Positions 28,546-38,081 of a stretch of DNA of 64,000 nt are shown here, piece by piece. The notes under the pieces are model-generated. The model saw only the letters and a program-made list of their open reading frames with translations, had not been told where the DNA came from and did not search any database. A program made the position numbers and the translations under genes. Position 1 is the stretch's first letter; every line of letters starts with the position of its first letter. This stretch comes from an uncultured Actinomycetes bacterium (lineage in GTDB: Bacteria; Actinomycetota; Thermoleophilia; Gaiellales; JAICJC01), in contig CAVPLP010000002.1 of the NCBI GenBank assembly GCA_963706075.1, positions 345,626-409,625 on the forward strand. The letters are read 5' to 3'.

Positions 28546-29559
28546 TCAGTGTACCAGCACGGTCCCGGCCGGCCCGGCGCCGAGACGGCCGATGACCGGC
28601 CATGGGAGCGCCTTCGCGCGCTCCGCCGGGAGCGCCACGAGCAGGCCCCCTGACGTCTGCGCGTCGCACGCCAGCAGCCGGTCGGCCTCGTCGAGCCCGT
28701 CGCCGAACTCGGCGTAGGCGGCGGCCAGTTCCAGGTTGGTGCGCGTGCCTCCCGGGATGTGGCCCTCGGCGATCAGCTCGCGCACGCCGGGAAGGAGCTC
28801 GACCGCCGCGAAGTCGATCTCGGCCCGAAGGCCCGCCCCCTCCGCGACCTCGCGCGCGTGGCCGACGAGGCCGAAGCCCGTCACGTCGGTGACCGCGTGC
28901 GGGCGGGCGCCGCGGACGATCTCGGCGGCCTCCGCGTTCAGGGTCGTCATCGAATCGACCGCGGCATCGACGACCTCCGGGTCCGGCGTCCCCCGCTTCA
29001 CCGCCGTCGCCACGATCCCGGTCCCGATCCGCTTCGAGAGGACGAGCACGTCGCCCTCCCGTCCGCCGCCGTTCGTCCACACCTCGTCCGGGTGCACGAA
29101 CCCGGTGACGGCCATGCCGTACTTGGGCTCGGGATCGTCGATCGAGTGACCGCCCGCCACGACGGCCCCCGCCGCGCGGGCCACGTCGGCGCCGCCGCGC
29201 AGGATCTCGCCCAGGAGCTCCATCGGGAGCGTCTTCGGGAACGCGACGACGTTCAGGGCGAACGCCGGCCGCGCGCCCATCGCGTAGATGTCGGAGAACG
29301 CGTTCGTCGCCGCGATCCGCCCGAACGTGTACGGGTCGTCGACGAGCGGCGTGAAGAAGTCGATCGTCTGCACGACGGCCAGGTCGTCGGACACGCGCCA
29401 GACGGCCGCGTCGTCAAGGCCGGTGTGCCCGACGAGCAGGTCGGCCGCCTCGAAGCTCGGAAGCGCGGCCAGCACCTCGCGCAGCGAGCCCGCCGGCAGC
29501 TTGCACGCGCAGCCCGCGCCGTGGGAGAGCTGGGTGAGCCGGACGGCTGCCGTCGCCAT
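28546..29559 (-). CDS. selD: Selenide, water dikinase (Cys form)
   Basis: SHGAGCACK, DDAAV, QTIDFFTP, GGHSIDD.EPKYG, TDVTGFGL, QTSGGLL. Confidence 0.97.
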   Translation of the reverse strand: MATAAVRLTQLSHGAGCACKLPAGSLREVLAALPSFEAADLLVGHTGLDDAAVWRVSDDLAVVQTIDFFTPLVDDPYTFGRIAATNAFSDIYAMGARPAFALNVVAFPKTLPMELLGEILRGGADVARAAGAVVAGGHSIDDPEPKYGMAVTGFVHPDEVWTNGGGREGDVLVLSKRIGTGIVATAVKRGTPDPEVVDAAVDSMTTLNAEAAEIVRGARPHAVTDVTGFGLVGHAREVAEGAGLRAEIDFAAVELLPGVRELIAEGHIPGGTRTNLELAAAYAEFGDGLDEADRLLACDAQTSGGLLVALPAERAKALPWPVIGRLGAGPAGTVLVH

Positions 29560-29590
29560 CCCTTAACTCTAGAGGCCCTATCCTGCCGGC

Positions 29591-29812
29591 ATGCCCGAGG
29601 TCGACCCCGACGTCGCCGCCGAGCGCATCCGCAAGCTCATCATCGTCGGCGACAACCGCCTGAAGCAGGGCGGCGACGACAAGTACGCGAAGGCGCGCGG
29701 GACGTACGAGCAGGCTCTGCGCATGGCCGAGGAGGTCGGCCTCGGCGAGCGCTTCCGGCCGTTCATCGAGCGGCGGCTGGAATCGATGGACGATCTACAA
29801 TCCCACCCGTGA
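29591..29812 (+). CDS. Small helical (TPR-like) hypothetical protein
   Basis: High-GC codon usage; leaderless TATCCT -10; coupled to the next gene. Confidence 0.75.
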   Translation: MPEVDPDVAAERIRKLIIVGDNRLKQGGDDKYAKARGTYEQALRMAEEVGLGERFRPFIERRLESMDDLQSHP

Positions 29813-30795
29813 AGACGCGTACCTTCGGCACGTCGGGCATCCCCGCCTCCGAGGTCGGCTTCGGCCTCTGGACCGTCTCGACGGGCTGGTGGGGCGAGCA
29901 TTCCGACGAATCCGCCGTCGCGCTTCTGCGCGAGGCGTACGACCTCGGGATCACCTTCTTCGACACCGCCGACACCTACGGCGAGGGCCGCGGCGAGACG
30001 CTGCTCGCGCAGGCGCTCGGCGACGTCCGCGACGACATCACGATCGCGACGAAGTTCGGGTACGACATCTACTCGCCGTGGGAGCGCAAGGGCCACGTCG
30101 AGCGGCCCCACGACTGGTCGCCGAAGTTCATCCGCTACGCGCTCGAGCAGAGCCTCGCCCGCCTCGGCACCGACCACATCGACGTCTACCAGCTGCACAA
30201 CCCGCGCATGGACGCGATCCGCTCGGACGCCGTGTTCGAGGTGCTCGAGGAGGCGCGTGACGCCGGCAAGATCCGTGCCTACGGCGTCGCCCTCGGCCCC
30301 GCGATCGGGTGGCGAGACGAGGGCATCGAGGCGTTCTCGCTGCGCCGGCCGGCGGCGGGCCAGATCATCCACAACCTGCTCGAGCAGGATCCGGGACGCG
30401 AGCTCATCGAGACCGCGCGCGAGAACGGCGTGGGGCTCATGGTGCGCGTCCCCCACTCCTCGGGCATGCTCGAGGGCAAGTACACCAAGGACACCGTCTT
30501 CGCCGAGAACGACCACCGCCGCCACCGCCCAAAGGAGTGGCTGGAGCAGGGGCTCCGCAAGGTCGAGCGGCTGGGCTTCCTCACCGAGGAGCGCACGCTC
30601 GGGCAGGCCGCGATGAAGTGGCTCCTCGCCGAGCCGGCGGTGACCACCGTTCTCCCGAACATCTACGACTCGGCTCAGCTGCGCGAGTTCGCGGCCGCCC
30701 CGGCGACCGCCGACCTCTCCTCAGCCGAGCTCGAGCGCGTCGCCGACCTGTACGAGAACGGCTTCTACCTGGAGCCGGCCGCGACCGGCGCCTGA
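29809..30795 (+). CDS. Aldo/keto reductase
   Basis: FFDTADTYG, ATKFG, SLARLGTDHIDVYQLH. Confidence 0.95.
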   Translation: MKTRTFGTSGIPASEVGFGLWTVSTGWWGEHSDESAVALLREAYDLGITFFDTADTYGEGRGETLLAQALGDVRDDITIATKFGYDIYSPWERKGHVERPHDWSPKFIRYALEQSLARLGTDHIDVYQLHNPRMDAIRSDAVFEVLEEARDAGKIRAYGVALGPAIGWRDEGIEAFSLRRPAAGQIIHNLLEQDPGRELIETARENGVGLMVRVPHSSGMLEGKYTKDTVFAENDHRRHRPKEWLEQGLRKVERLGFLTEERTLGQAAMKWLLAEPAVTTVLPNIYDSAQLREFAAAPATADLSSAELERVADLYENGFYLEPAATGA

Positions 30796-31187
30796 TCCGG
30801 CGGGCCCAGGAGCTCGGCCAGCTCGGCGCGCTCCGGCGGCTTCGTCCATCGTCGCTGCACGGCGCCGCTCGAGTCGACGAGGAACACCGTCGGCGCCGAC
30901 CGGACGCGCAGCATCGACGCGGTCGGGCTGTGCGAGGGAAGCTCGACGACGGTCACGCCCGGGTGGTGGGCCACGGCCTCGGCCAGCCGGTTCAGCGCGA
31001 CCCGCGATGCGGGGCTCGGGTTCGAGAACTGGACGAGCGCGCCCCCGGCCGGAAACTCCTTGAGACCCAGCGTCGCCGGGGCAAGCCGCTCGGGCGGGCG
31101 GGCCCGGGCCGCACGGCGCCGCGCGCGCAGCCGCTGCGCCCCCACCCCGGCGGCGGGCACCGCCACCACCAGCCACCACACGCTCAT
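30765..31187 (-). CDS. Membrane-anchored thioredoxin-like protein lacking CxxC
   Basis: N-terminal hydrophobic segment, LVQFSNPSPASR, VRSAPTVFLVD. Confidence 0.7.
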   Translation of the reverse strand: MSVWWLVVAVPAAGVGAQRLRARRRAARARPPERLAPATLGLKEFPAGGALVQFSNPSPASRVALNRLAEAVAHHPGVTVVELPSHSPTASMLRVRSAPTVFLVDSSGAVQRRWTKPPERAELAELLGPPDQAPVAAGSR

Positions 31188-32215
31188 GGCCGAACGATAC
31201 CGGCCGCACGGGCCAGCACGGCCTCGATGCGAGCGGCCTGGTGCGCGAGCGCGTGCTCCTCGGCGACGCTGACGCCGGCGGCACACGGCACGGGCAGGGC
31301 GGCGGCGGCGCGCATGCCGGCCGCGATCGCCTCCTCGTCATAGGGATCGACGAGCGCTCCGCAGGCCGGCGTCAGGATCTCGGGCGGGCCGCCGACCCTG
31401 GTGGCGACGACGGGCCGGCCGCACGCGAGCGCCTCGAGCATCGCCTGGCCCTGCGGCTCCTCGAGGCTCGGCAGGCACACGACGTCGTGCTCGCGGAGCG
31501 CGAGGAGGACGCCCTCCGGCGTGCGCCGTCCGGTGAACCGGACGCCGGCGGGCGCGGCGGCGCGCAGCTGGGCTTCGAGCGGCCCCGCCCCGATGATCGT
31601 GAGCGAGCCCTCGCGGAGCCGCGCGAACGCCCGCATCAGCCGGCCGACGTTCTTGCGCTCGGTGAGGGAGCCGACGAAGAGGAACCGGGGGCCGCCGTCG
31701 CCTGGCGCGCGCGGCGTCGGCCGGAACCGGTCCGTGTCGACGCCGCAGTCGATCACCTCGGCCGGGGCGCCAAGCCGGTCGCGCACGTACTCCGAGACAC
31801 AGATGACGGCCCGGGCGCGGCGCACGACGACGCGCGTGAGGAGGCCGATCGGGACGCTCGACCGGGCATTTCGCACGTCGCCGCCATGGGCCGTCACGAC
31901 GAACGGCCGGCCTGCGGCGGCGGCGATCAGGCCGGGCGGCACGAGGTAGTGGGCGTAGACGACGTCGGGCCGTGTTCGCCGCGCCGCCGAGAGCGTCCGA
32001 CCGAGCAGGCCGGCGTAGGCGACGGGCGACGCGATCCGCCCGCGCCGGCCGCTCCGCAGCACGGCCTCGTCGACCTCGTGCCCCCGCGCCCGGAGCGCTC
32101 CGGCGAGCCGTTCGACGAAGACGCCGTACTCCGGACGATCCGGCGAGGGGTACATGCCTGAGACGAGCAGGATGCGCAATGCGCAAGCGAGCCTACCGCC
32201 TGAGGCGTCAGACAC
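31184..32215 (-). CDS. Glycosyltransferase family 4
   Basis: ILLVSGMYP, TAHGGD, FVGSL..RKN, EPQG..MLEALACG.PVV. Confidence 0.93.
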   Translation of the reverse strand: MSDASGGRLACALRILLVSGMYPSPDRPEYGVFVERLAGALRARGHEVDEAVLRSGRRGRIASPVAYAGLLGRTLSAARRTRPDVVYAHYLVPPGLIAAAAGRPFVVTAHGGDVRNARSSVPIGLLTRVVVRRARAVICVSEYVRDRLGAPAEVIDCGVDTDRFRPTPRAPGDGGPRFLFVGSLTERKNVGRLMRAFARLREGSLTIIGAGPLEAQLRAAAPAGVRFTGRRTPEGVLLALREHDVVCLPSLEEPQGQAMLEALACGRPVVATRVGGPPEILTPACGALVDPYDEEAIAAGMRAAAALPVPCAAGVSVAEEHALAHQAARIEAVLARAAGIVRP

Positions 32216-33020
32216 CCTCCAGCCGCCGCTCGGCGCCGCGCCGCCCGATCTCGGCCACGATGACGAGCGTCAGCGAGACGGCGATCACGAGGCCGGCGAT
32301 GGCCACGGTCTGCGGCCGGAGCGCCGGAGTGCGCGCGTTCGAGTAGAGGAAGATCGGGAAGGTGTCGTGCCCGGGCGGCACCAGGAACGACGCGATCGCG
32401 TACTCGTCGAACGAGATCGTGAACGCGATCAGGTACGACGAGAGGATCGCCGGGATGATCAGCGGCAGCGTGACCCGTACGAAGGCGGTGATCTCCCCCG
32501 CCCCCAGGTCACGGGCGGCCTCCGCGATCGCCGGATCGAGCGTCTGGAGCCGGGGCAGGATCACGAGGACGCCGTAGGGCACCGAGACGACGACGTGCAC
32601 GAAGAGGACGGAGGACAGCGACTGCTCCAGGCCGAGCGTCTTCAGCAGCACGAGCATGCCGACGCCGAGGACGACGTACGGCACGACCAGCGGCAGCATC
32701 ACGAGCGCCGTCACCGCCGGCCGGGCAAACACGCGCGGCGCCGAGAGCGCGAGCGACGCGAGGATGGCGAGCACCGTCGCCAGGACGCCGTTCAGCGCGG
32801 CGATGGCGGCGCTCCGCTTCACGGCCGCAAGCAGGAGGTCGTTCCCGAGGGCGATGTGGTACCAGTGCGTCGTGAACCCGGCGAGCGGCAGCGTCGGCGT
32901 CGTGTTGTCGTTGAACGAGAAGATCACGAGCACGACGATCGGGGCGTACAGGAACACCACCATGAGCAGGAAGTAGCCGCTCAGGACCCCGCGGGCGATG
33001 CGTCCGGCGGCGGCGTTCAT
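32208..33020 (-). CDS. Polyamine/opine-type ABC permease (PotC-like)
   Basis: FLYAPIVVLVIFSFN, EAARDLGA, SFDE. Confidence 0.93.
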   Translation of the reverse strand: MNAAAGRIARGVLSGYFLLMVVFLYAPIVVLVIFSFNDNTTPTLPLAGFTTHWYHIALGNDLLLAAVKRSAAIAALNGVLATVLAILASLALSAPRVFARPAVTALVMLPLVVPYVVLGVGMLVLLKTLGLEQSLSSVLFVHVVVSVPYGVLVILPRLQTLDPAIAEAARDLGAGEITAFVRVTLPLIIPAILSSYLIAFTISFDEYAIASFLVPPGHDTFPIFLYSNARTPALRPQTVAIAGLVIAVSLTLVIVAEIGRRGAERRLEGV

Positions 33021-33940
33021 CGACCCGCACCCCGGAGGTCGGCGGTGAGGTAGCGCGACGAGAACGCGATCAGGACGACGACGATCGCCATGAGCCACAT
33101 GGCCATGACCGCCCCGAGCGCCCAGTCGGTGGTGTTCACGAACGAGTCCTGGATGAAGTTGCCGAACATGCTGTCGTCGGAGCCGCCCACCAGCGACGGC
33201 GCGACGAACTCGCCGGTGGTCGGGATGAGGACGAACACGAACGCCGCGATGACGCCCGGGACGCTCAGCGGCAGCGTCACACGCAAGAACGTCGAGAACC
33301 GGTTCGCGCCCAGATCCTGCGCGGCCTCGAGGATGCGTTTGTCGAGGTTCTCGAGCACGACGAAGATCGGAAGGGCGACGAACGGGATCCACGAGTACGC
33401 GAGCACCAGACCGATGGCGAACTTGGAGTGGAAGAGCCACTCGACGGGATCGCCCTTGCTGCGGCCGAGCTCGACAAGGATCGAGTTGATCGTCCCGTCG
33501 GACGAGAGCATGACGGTCCATGCGTACACGCGGAGCAGATAGCTCACGAAGAACGGAGCGAGCAGCACGAGCAGGAGGGTGTAGCGGCGGCGGTGGGCGA
33601 CGAACGCGAGAAAGAATGCGAGCGGGTAGGCCGCCAGGACGGCGACCACCGACACGATCAGCGTGATCACCATCGACGTCTTGAACCGGTCGAAGTACAC
33701 CGAGCTGCCGTCGTGGAGATACGGCAGGAAGCTCTTCCATGTGTCGACCGAGAACTTGGCCGGCGGGAAGATCAGGTTCGTGAGCAGGTGGACGCTGTAG
33801 AGCGCGATCAGGATGATCGGCACGATCAGACCGGCCAGCAGGTAGGCGGTCACGGGCACGGAGAGCCATGCCCGGCCGGGGCGCCAGCGGCGCCGGAAGG
33901 GGAACCCCCTCCGGCGCCCGACGCTTCGTGCCTCGCTCAT
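33017..33940 (-). CDS. Polyamine/opine-type ABC permease (PotB-like)
   Basis: AYPLA, LLRVYAW, EAAQDLGA, LPLSVPG. Confidence 0.93.
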   Translation of the reverse strand: MSEARSVGRRRGFPFRRRWRPGRAWLSVPVTAYLLAGLIVPIILIALYSVHLLTNLIFPPAKFSVDTWKSFLPYLHDGSSVYFDRFKTSMVITLIVSVVAVLAAYPLAFFLAFVAHRRRYTLLLVLLAPFFVSYLLRVYAWTVMLSSDGTINSILVELGRSKGDPVEWLFHSKFAIGLVLAYSWIPFVALPIFVVLENLDKRILEAAQDLGANRFSTFLRVTLPLSVPGVIAAFVFVLIPTTGEFVAPSLVGGSDDSMFGNFIQDSFVNTTDWALGAVMAMWLMAIVVVLIAFSSRYLTADLRGAGR

Positions 33941-33947
33941 CGAACCG

Positions 33948-35138
33948 CTAGCTGGCCTTGACCTCTTCCCACGCGGCCTGGTACGCGGCCCGCTGTGGGA
34001 TGAACTGCTCGAGGTGCACCGGTGCGGCGAGCCGGTTGGGATCGCCGATGCGCAGGGCATCCGCCGCGGCCGGAAGCGCGTACGCCTTCGGATCGTCCGG
34101 GCCCTGGATCGCGAGGTCGCTCTTCTTGATGGTCGTGTTCGCGCTTGCGTACACGAACGAGTTGAAGAGGTCGACGCACGCGGCGTGCCCGATGAACGAG
34201 TCGACGTACTTGTGGTTGTGGAAGTAGTTCTGCGAGCTCTTCAGCATGATGAACCCGCAGTACCACGCCAGCCGCCCCTCGGACGGGTCCATGAAGCCGG
34301 TCTTGAGCCCGGCCGCCAGCATGTCGTTGTAGTCGTTCGGCCAGGCGTACGTCACCCAGACGTCGCCCGACTTGAATGCCGGCTGCATATCGTCGTACTC
34401 GAGCTTCCAGTAGAACTTGTTGACCTGCTTCTGCTCGATCAGCTTCTGCTTGGCCGCCTCGATCTCGTCGGTCGACATGTTGTACGGATCCGCGACCCCG
34501 TTCACGAGGCCCGCGATCACGAGCGGCGTCGTGAACCCGTCCCACATCGAGATCTTGCCGGCGTACTTCGGGTTCCAGAAGAGGTTCCAGCTGGTGGCGT
34601 CGGCCGGGTCGATCTTGTCGGTCCGGTACATGACGCTCGAGTAGCCGGAGTCCCAGGGGATCCAGTACTGCTTGCCGTCGACCTGGCCGGCCTTCACGAC
34701 CTCGGGGTCGAGCTGTGAGAAGTTCGTGAGGAGGCTCGGGTCGAACGGCTGCACGAGGCCCTTGTCGACCCAGTCGCGGACGTAGGAGATGCATGGGTGC
34801 GCCAGGTCGTACTGCGCTCCTGCGAGCACCTTGGCGACCGCCGCATCGTCCGACTGGAACGCGGTGTAGTTGATGGTCTTGGCCCCGAACTCGTCGACGT
34901 ACGACTTGCCGGGGACCTTCATGTAGGTCTGGGCCTTGGTGCCTGCGGCCTCGTAGCCCTGCCACTCGTAGACGCTCAGGCTGCCCGGCTCCTTACCGAT
35001 CGCTGGGTGCGCCGCGCCCGAGTCGCCGCCCCCTCCTCCTCCGGAGCTCGATCCGCCGCCGCAGGCGGAGATCAGCGCCGTGCCGCCCGCCGCAGCGGTG
35101 CTCGCCAGAAAGCGTCGTCTATCCATGCGCCGCGCCAT
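33948..35138 (-). CDS. PotD/PotF-like substrate-binding Tat lipoprotein
   Basis: DRRRFL, ISAC lipobox, YEWQGY, IPWDSG, P.EG..AW. Confidence 0.92.
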   Translation of the reverse strand: MARRMDRRRFLASTAAAGGTALISACGGGSSSGGGGGGDSGAAHPAIGKEPGSLSVYEWQGYEAAGTKAQTYMKVPGKSYVDEFGAKTINYTAFQSDDAAVAKVLAGAQYDLAHPCISYVRDWVDKGLVQPFDPSLLTNFSQLDPEVVKAGQVDGKQYWIPWDSGYSSVMYRTDKIDPADATSWNLFWNPKYAGKISMWDGFTTPLVIAGLVNGVADPYNMSTDEIEAAKQKLIEQKQVNKFYWKLEYDDMQPAFKSGDVWVTYAWPNDYNDMLAAGLKTGFMDPSEGRLAWYCGFIMLKSSQNYFHNHKYVDSFIGHAACVDLFNSFVYASANTTIKKSDLAIQGPDDPKAYALPAAADALRIGDPNRLAAPVHLEQFIPQRAAYQAAWEEVKAS

Positions 35139-35185
35139 GGTTCCTCCTTGGGCTGGGGGTGAGCGCACGTGCGAACATACCGGGC

Positions 35186-35749
35186 GTGGCCCGGGGTGTC
35201 CAACTTGCGACCATGGCAACGCTCTTCGTACTATCGGCGGCTGCCTGCGGCGGCGGCGGCGGCTCGGAGGCTGCGCCGGCGACCACGAATCTGCCGGTGC
35301 TCCGCACGGTTCCAGGCCTGGCGAGCGAGGATCGGGCCCTCGACGTCGACGCCCTTTCGCACGATGCGCCGGTCGCCGGCCTGGCCGCGAACCTCGAGCA
35401 GTGGGGGTTCCTCGGGGGCCACGAGCGCGAGTTCAAGGGCGCCTCGAAGACGTTCACCGACGTCATTTCGCGGACGCTCGTCTTCCGCAATCCATCCGGA
35501 GCGCGCGCGTACGTCACGTTCATCGCCGACCACGCCGCGAGCTACTACGGCCCGGGCTCCGTCGTCCACCCGGCGACGTCGGCCGGCCGGGCCGGCTACT
35601 TCGTCCGGGGCGCGAGCTGCGGCTGCCACCGCGAGAGCCCCATCCTCGTGACCGTCGTCTCGCAGCGCTCGCGGGTGAGCTGGCTTCTGGTGAACGGCCC
35701 GGGCGCCACGCGGGCGCGCGCGCAAGCGCTCGCCGCCCAGATGCCCTAG
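35186..35749 (+). CDS. Putative lipoprotein with SCGCH motif
   Basis: AAAC lipobox plus Gly linker; start approximate. Confidence 0.7.
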   Translation: MARGVQLATMATLFVLSAAACGGGGGSEAAPATTNLPVLRTVPGLASEDRALDVDALSHDAPVAGLAANLEQWGFLGGHEREFKGASKTFTDVISRTLVFRNPSGARAYVTFIADHAASYYGPGSVVHPATSAGRAGYFVRGASCGCHRESPILVTVVSQRSRVSWLLVNGPGATRARAQALAAQMP

Positions 35750-35756
35750 CCGGCGA

Positions 35757-35791
35757 CCTGAAAGATTGGTGCCTGGCACCGTTTTTTCAGG
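35757..35791. repeat. REP-like palindrome GGTGCC-T-GGCACC inside a CCTGAAA...TTTCAGG stem
   Basis: Nested inverted repeat between convergent genes. Confidence 0.5.
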
Positions 35792-35857
35792 CTCAATTCG
35801 GACGCCGGCGAGATCGCCGGCATCGCCGGGTCTCGTCGGCCCGGCGCGCGGCGTAGC

Positions 35858-37873
35858 TCAGACGAGGTCGCGAGGGAACGTCCGCTTGAACGTCCGCTCG
35901 TAGGCGGGCTTGTCGCCCTCCCAGGCCCGGACCGTGCTCTTGACGTGGAACGAGTCCGCGTCGCAGGTCATCTCCGAGACCGTCTCGCACCGCGTGCGCC
36001 AGTCGCCGCGGCCGATCGCCCCTGCCGTCTCGGACCGCACGCGCGCCGACAGCGGGTCGCCCTCGACGATCGAGAAGACGGTGAGGTTGCGATCCTCGAT
36101 CTCGAGGCCGTTCGGCAGCCGGATCAGGCCGCCGACCTGCCAGTCGTACGAGAGCTCGACCCGGCCCGTCGAGAGGTCGTGTGTGATCGTCCGCCCCGCG
36201 GGGCCGGGCCGGAGCACCTCCTTCGGCATCGGCTCGGACTCCTCGGGCTCGCCGAACTCCGGCAGCGTGCCGTCCTCGGGCCGCGGCTCGCGGACGGGCA
36301 GCGTGAGCGTGCTCTCGCCGGCGTAGAGCGCCAGGGTCACGGGCTCCGGAGACGGCCACGCCCACGGCCAGTAGGTCGGCGAGACGCCGACGCGGATGCG
36401 GTTCCCCGGCGCGAACGCGTGCCCGGTCGCATCGAGGCGGATCGTGGCGGTGAACGGCTCCCCGGGCACGAGCGCGGCCGGGTGCTCGTCGCTCTCGCGG
36501 TGGGTCAGGTTCTGGAGCGCGCGGGTGACGACCGTCGACGCGCCGTCGGGCCACACCTCGCACAGCCTGACGATGACGAGCGCCAGCGGGCGATCGCTCT
36601 CGAGGCGCAGCGTCACCTCGGGGTAGCCGAGGATCTCGAGCCGCTCGGGAAGCGGGTCAGACGTGAACGTGAGGCTCATCCCGTCCATGGCGCGCTGGTC
36701 GCCCGGCCAGTCGGCCACCTCGCCGTAGGGGCACCACGACCCGGCGTCGAGCCCGGCGGTCTGCTGGCCCACGATCTGGAGCCGGCCGTCCTCCCCGGCC
36801 TCGTCGAGCCGGCCGTCGCCGCCGAGCACGAGCGTGCGCGCGGGGACGTCCTCACGCGGCCAGCCGTCCTCGGCCGCCCACCGGCCCGGCCGCTCGGTGT
36901 AGCACGCCGCGGGCCTGACCGGCTCGTGGATCCACGCCCGCAACATCGGCTCGTCCATGATCCCCGTCTCGGTGCCGACCAGCCAGTGGTCGAACCACCG
37001 GATGACCTCCTGAAGGAACCCGATCGTCGGCTCGGGAGGGCCGGCCTGCGGCCACGCGTGCGCCCACGGGCCGATCAGCCCCTTGCGCGGGCCCGAGAGC
37101 CCCTCGAGCAGGCGCGGGATCGCGTTGGTGTAGCCGTCCGCCCAGCCGCCGACCGCATAGACGGGCACCTCGATCCGCGAGAAGTCCTCGCACACCGACC
37201 CCTGCTTCCAGTAGTCGTCGCGGCGCTGGTGCCCCAGCCAGGGGTCGATGAACGGCGGGGCCTCGCGCATGCGTTCGAGCCACATGTCGCGCCAGCGCTC
37301 GCCGACGATGGCCGGGTCGGGCGGCCAGGCGTTCCAGCCCAGCATCGACGCCGCCCACTGGAGCATGTCCGAGGCGACGCAGCCGCCGTCGTAGTGGACG
37401 TCGTCGGCGTAGCGGTCGTCGGTCGAGCACAGCGTGACGATCGCCCCCAGCGCGGGCGGGCGGTTGGCGGCGACCTGGAGCGAGTTGAACCCGCTCCACG
37501 AGATGCCGATCATCCCGACCTTGCCGGTGCACCAGGGCTGCTCGGCGATCCACGCGATCGTCTCGCACGCGTCGGACTGCTCCTGCGGGAGGTACTCGTC
37601 CTCGAGGATCCCGTCCGACTCGCCCGTCCCGCGCTGGTCGACGCGGATGCAGGCATAGCCGTGGCCGGCGAGGTAGGGGAAGTGGTGCGAGTCGCGCACC
37701 GCCGTGCCGTCGTTCAGGCGGTAGGGCAGGTACTCGAGGATCGCGGGAACCGGGTTCTGCGCGGCGTCCTCGGGAAGCCAGATCCGCGCGGCGAGGCGGC
37801 AGCCGTCGGCGAGCTCGATCCACGTCGTCGGGATCGTCCGCACGGGGCGTGGAAACTCGGTGACGACGCGCAC
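35858..37873 (-). CDS. CocE/NonD family serine hydrolase
   Basis: EYLPY, D.RGTGESDG, GISWSG, GGWADGY, GPWAH. Confidence 0.95.
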   Translation of the reverse strand: MRVVTEFPRPVRTIPTTWIELADGCRLAARIWLPEDAAQNPVPAILEYLPYRLNDGTAVRDSHHFPYLAGHGYACIRVDQRGTGESDGILEDEYLPQEQSDACETIAWIAEQPWCTGKVGMIGISWSGFNSLQVAANRPPALGAIVTLCSTDDRYADDVHYDGGCVASDMLQWAASMLGWNAWPPDPAIVGERWRDMWLERMREAPPFIDPWLGHQRRDDYWKQGSVCEDFSRIEVPVYAVGGWADGYTNAIPRLLEGLSGPRKGLIGPWAHAWPQAGPPEPTIGFLQEVIRWFDHWLVGTETGIMDEPMLRAWIHEPVRPAACYTERPGRWAAEDGWPREDVPARTLVLGGDGRLDEAGEDGRLQIVGQQTAGLDAGSWCPYGEVADWPGDQRAMDGMSLTFTSDPLPERLEILGYPEVTLRLESDRPLALVIVRLCEVWPDGASTVVTRALQNLTHRESDEHPAALVPGEPFTATIRLDATGHAFAPGNRIRVGVSPTYWPWAWPSPEPVTLALYAGESTLTLPVREPRPEDGTLPEFGEPEESEPMPKEVLRPGPAGRTITHDLSTGRVELSYDWQVGGLIRLPNGLEIEDRNLTVFSIVEGDPLSARVRSETAGAIGRGDWRTRCETVSEMTCDADSFHVKSTVRAWEGDKPAYERTFKRTFPRDLV

Positions 37874-37990
37874 GGCGCGATTTAAGCAGGCCGCGGCCGC
37901 GCGTGGGCCGGCGAGGGGGTCGAGGCCACCCCGGGAACCACCCTGCTAGGGGGCTAGCACCGCCTCGCGCGGGGCGTCAGAGTAGACCTA

Positions 37991-38069
37991 CATCCTTGGC
38001 GCGCACCGCGACGGGGATGCCTCCCTGATATGCGCCCGCCCGGCTGGACGTCCACCACCGGGCGGGCGC
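37991..38069 (+). ncRNA. Candidate two-hairpin small RNA with CCTCCC linker
   Basis: Stem 37991-38019, CCTCCC 38020-38025, 12-bp stem 38032-38069; strand uncertain. Confidence 0.4.
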
Positions 38070-38081
38070 GGAGGAAGTCCG

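Noticed and set aside
28546-31187. Selenoproteins (UGA readthrough) in selD or the thioredoxin-like gene
   Set aside because: selD has Cys codons and the thioredoxin-like gene has no in-frame TGA.
37914-38069. 6S RNA or tmRNA
   Set aside because: Too short, with no long rod and central bubble and no tRNA-like ends evident.
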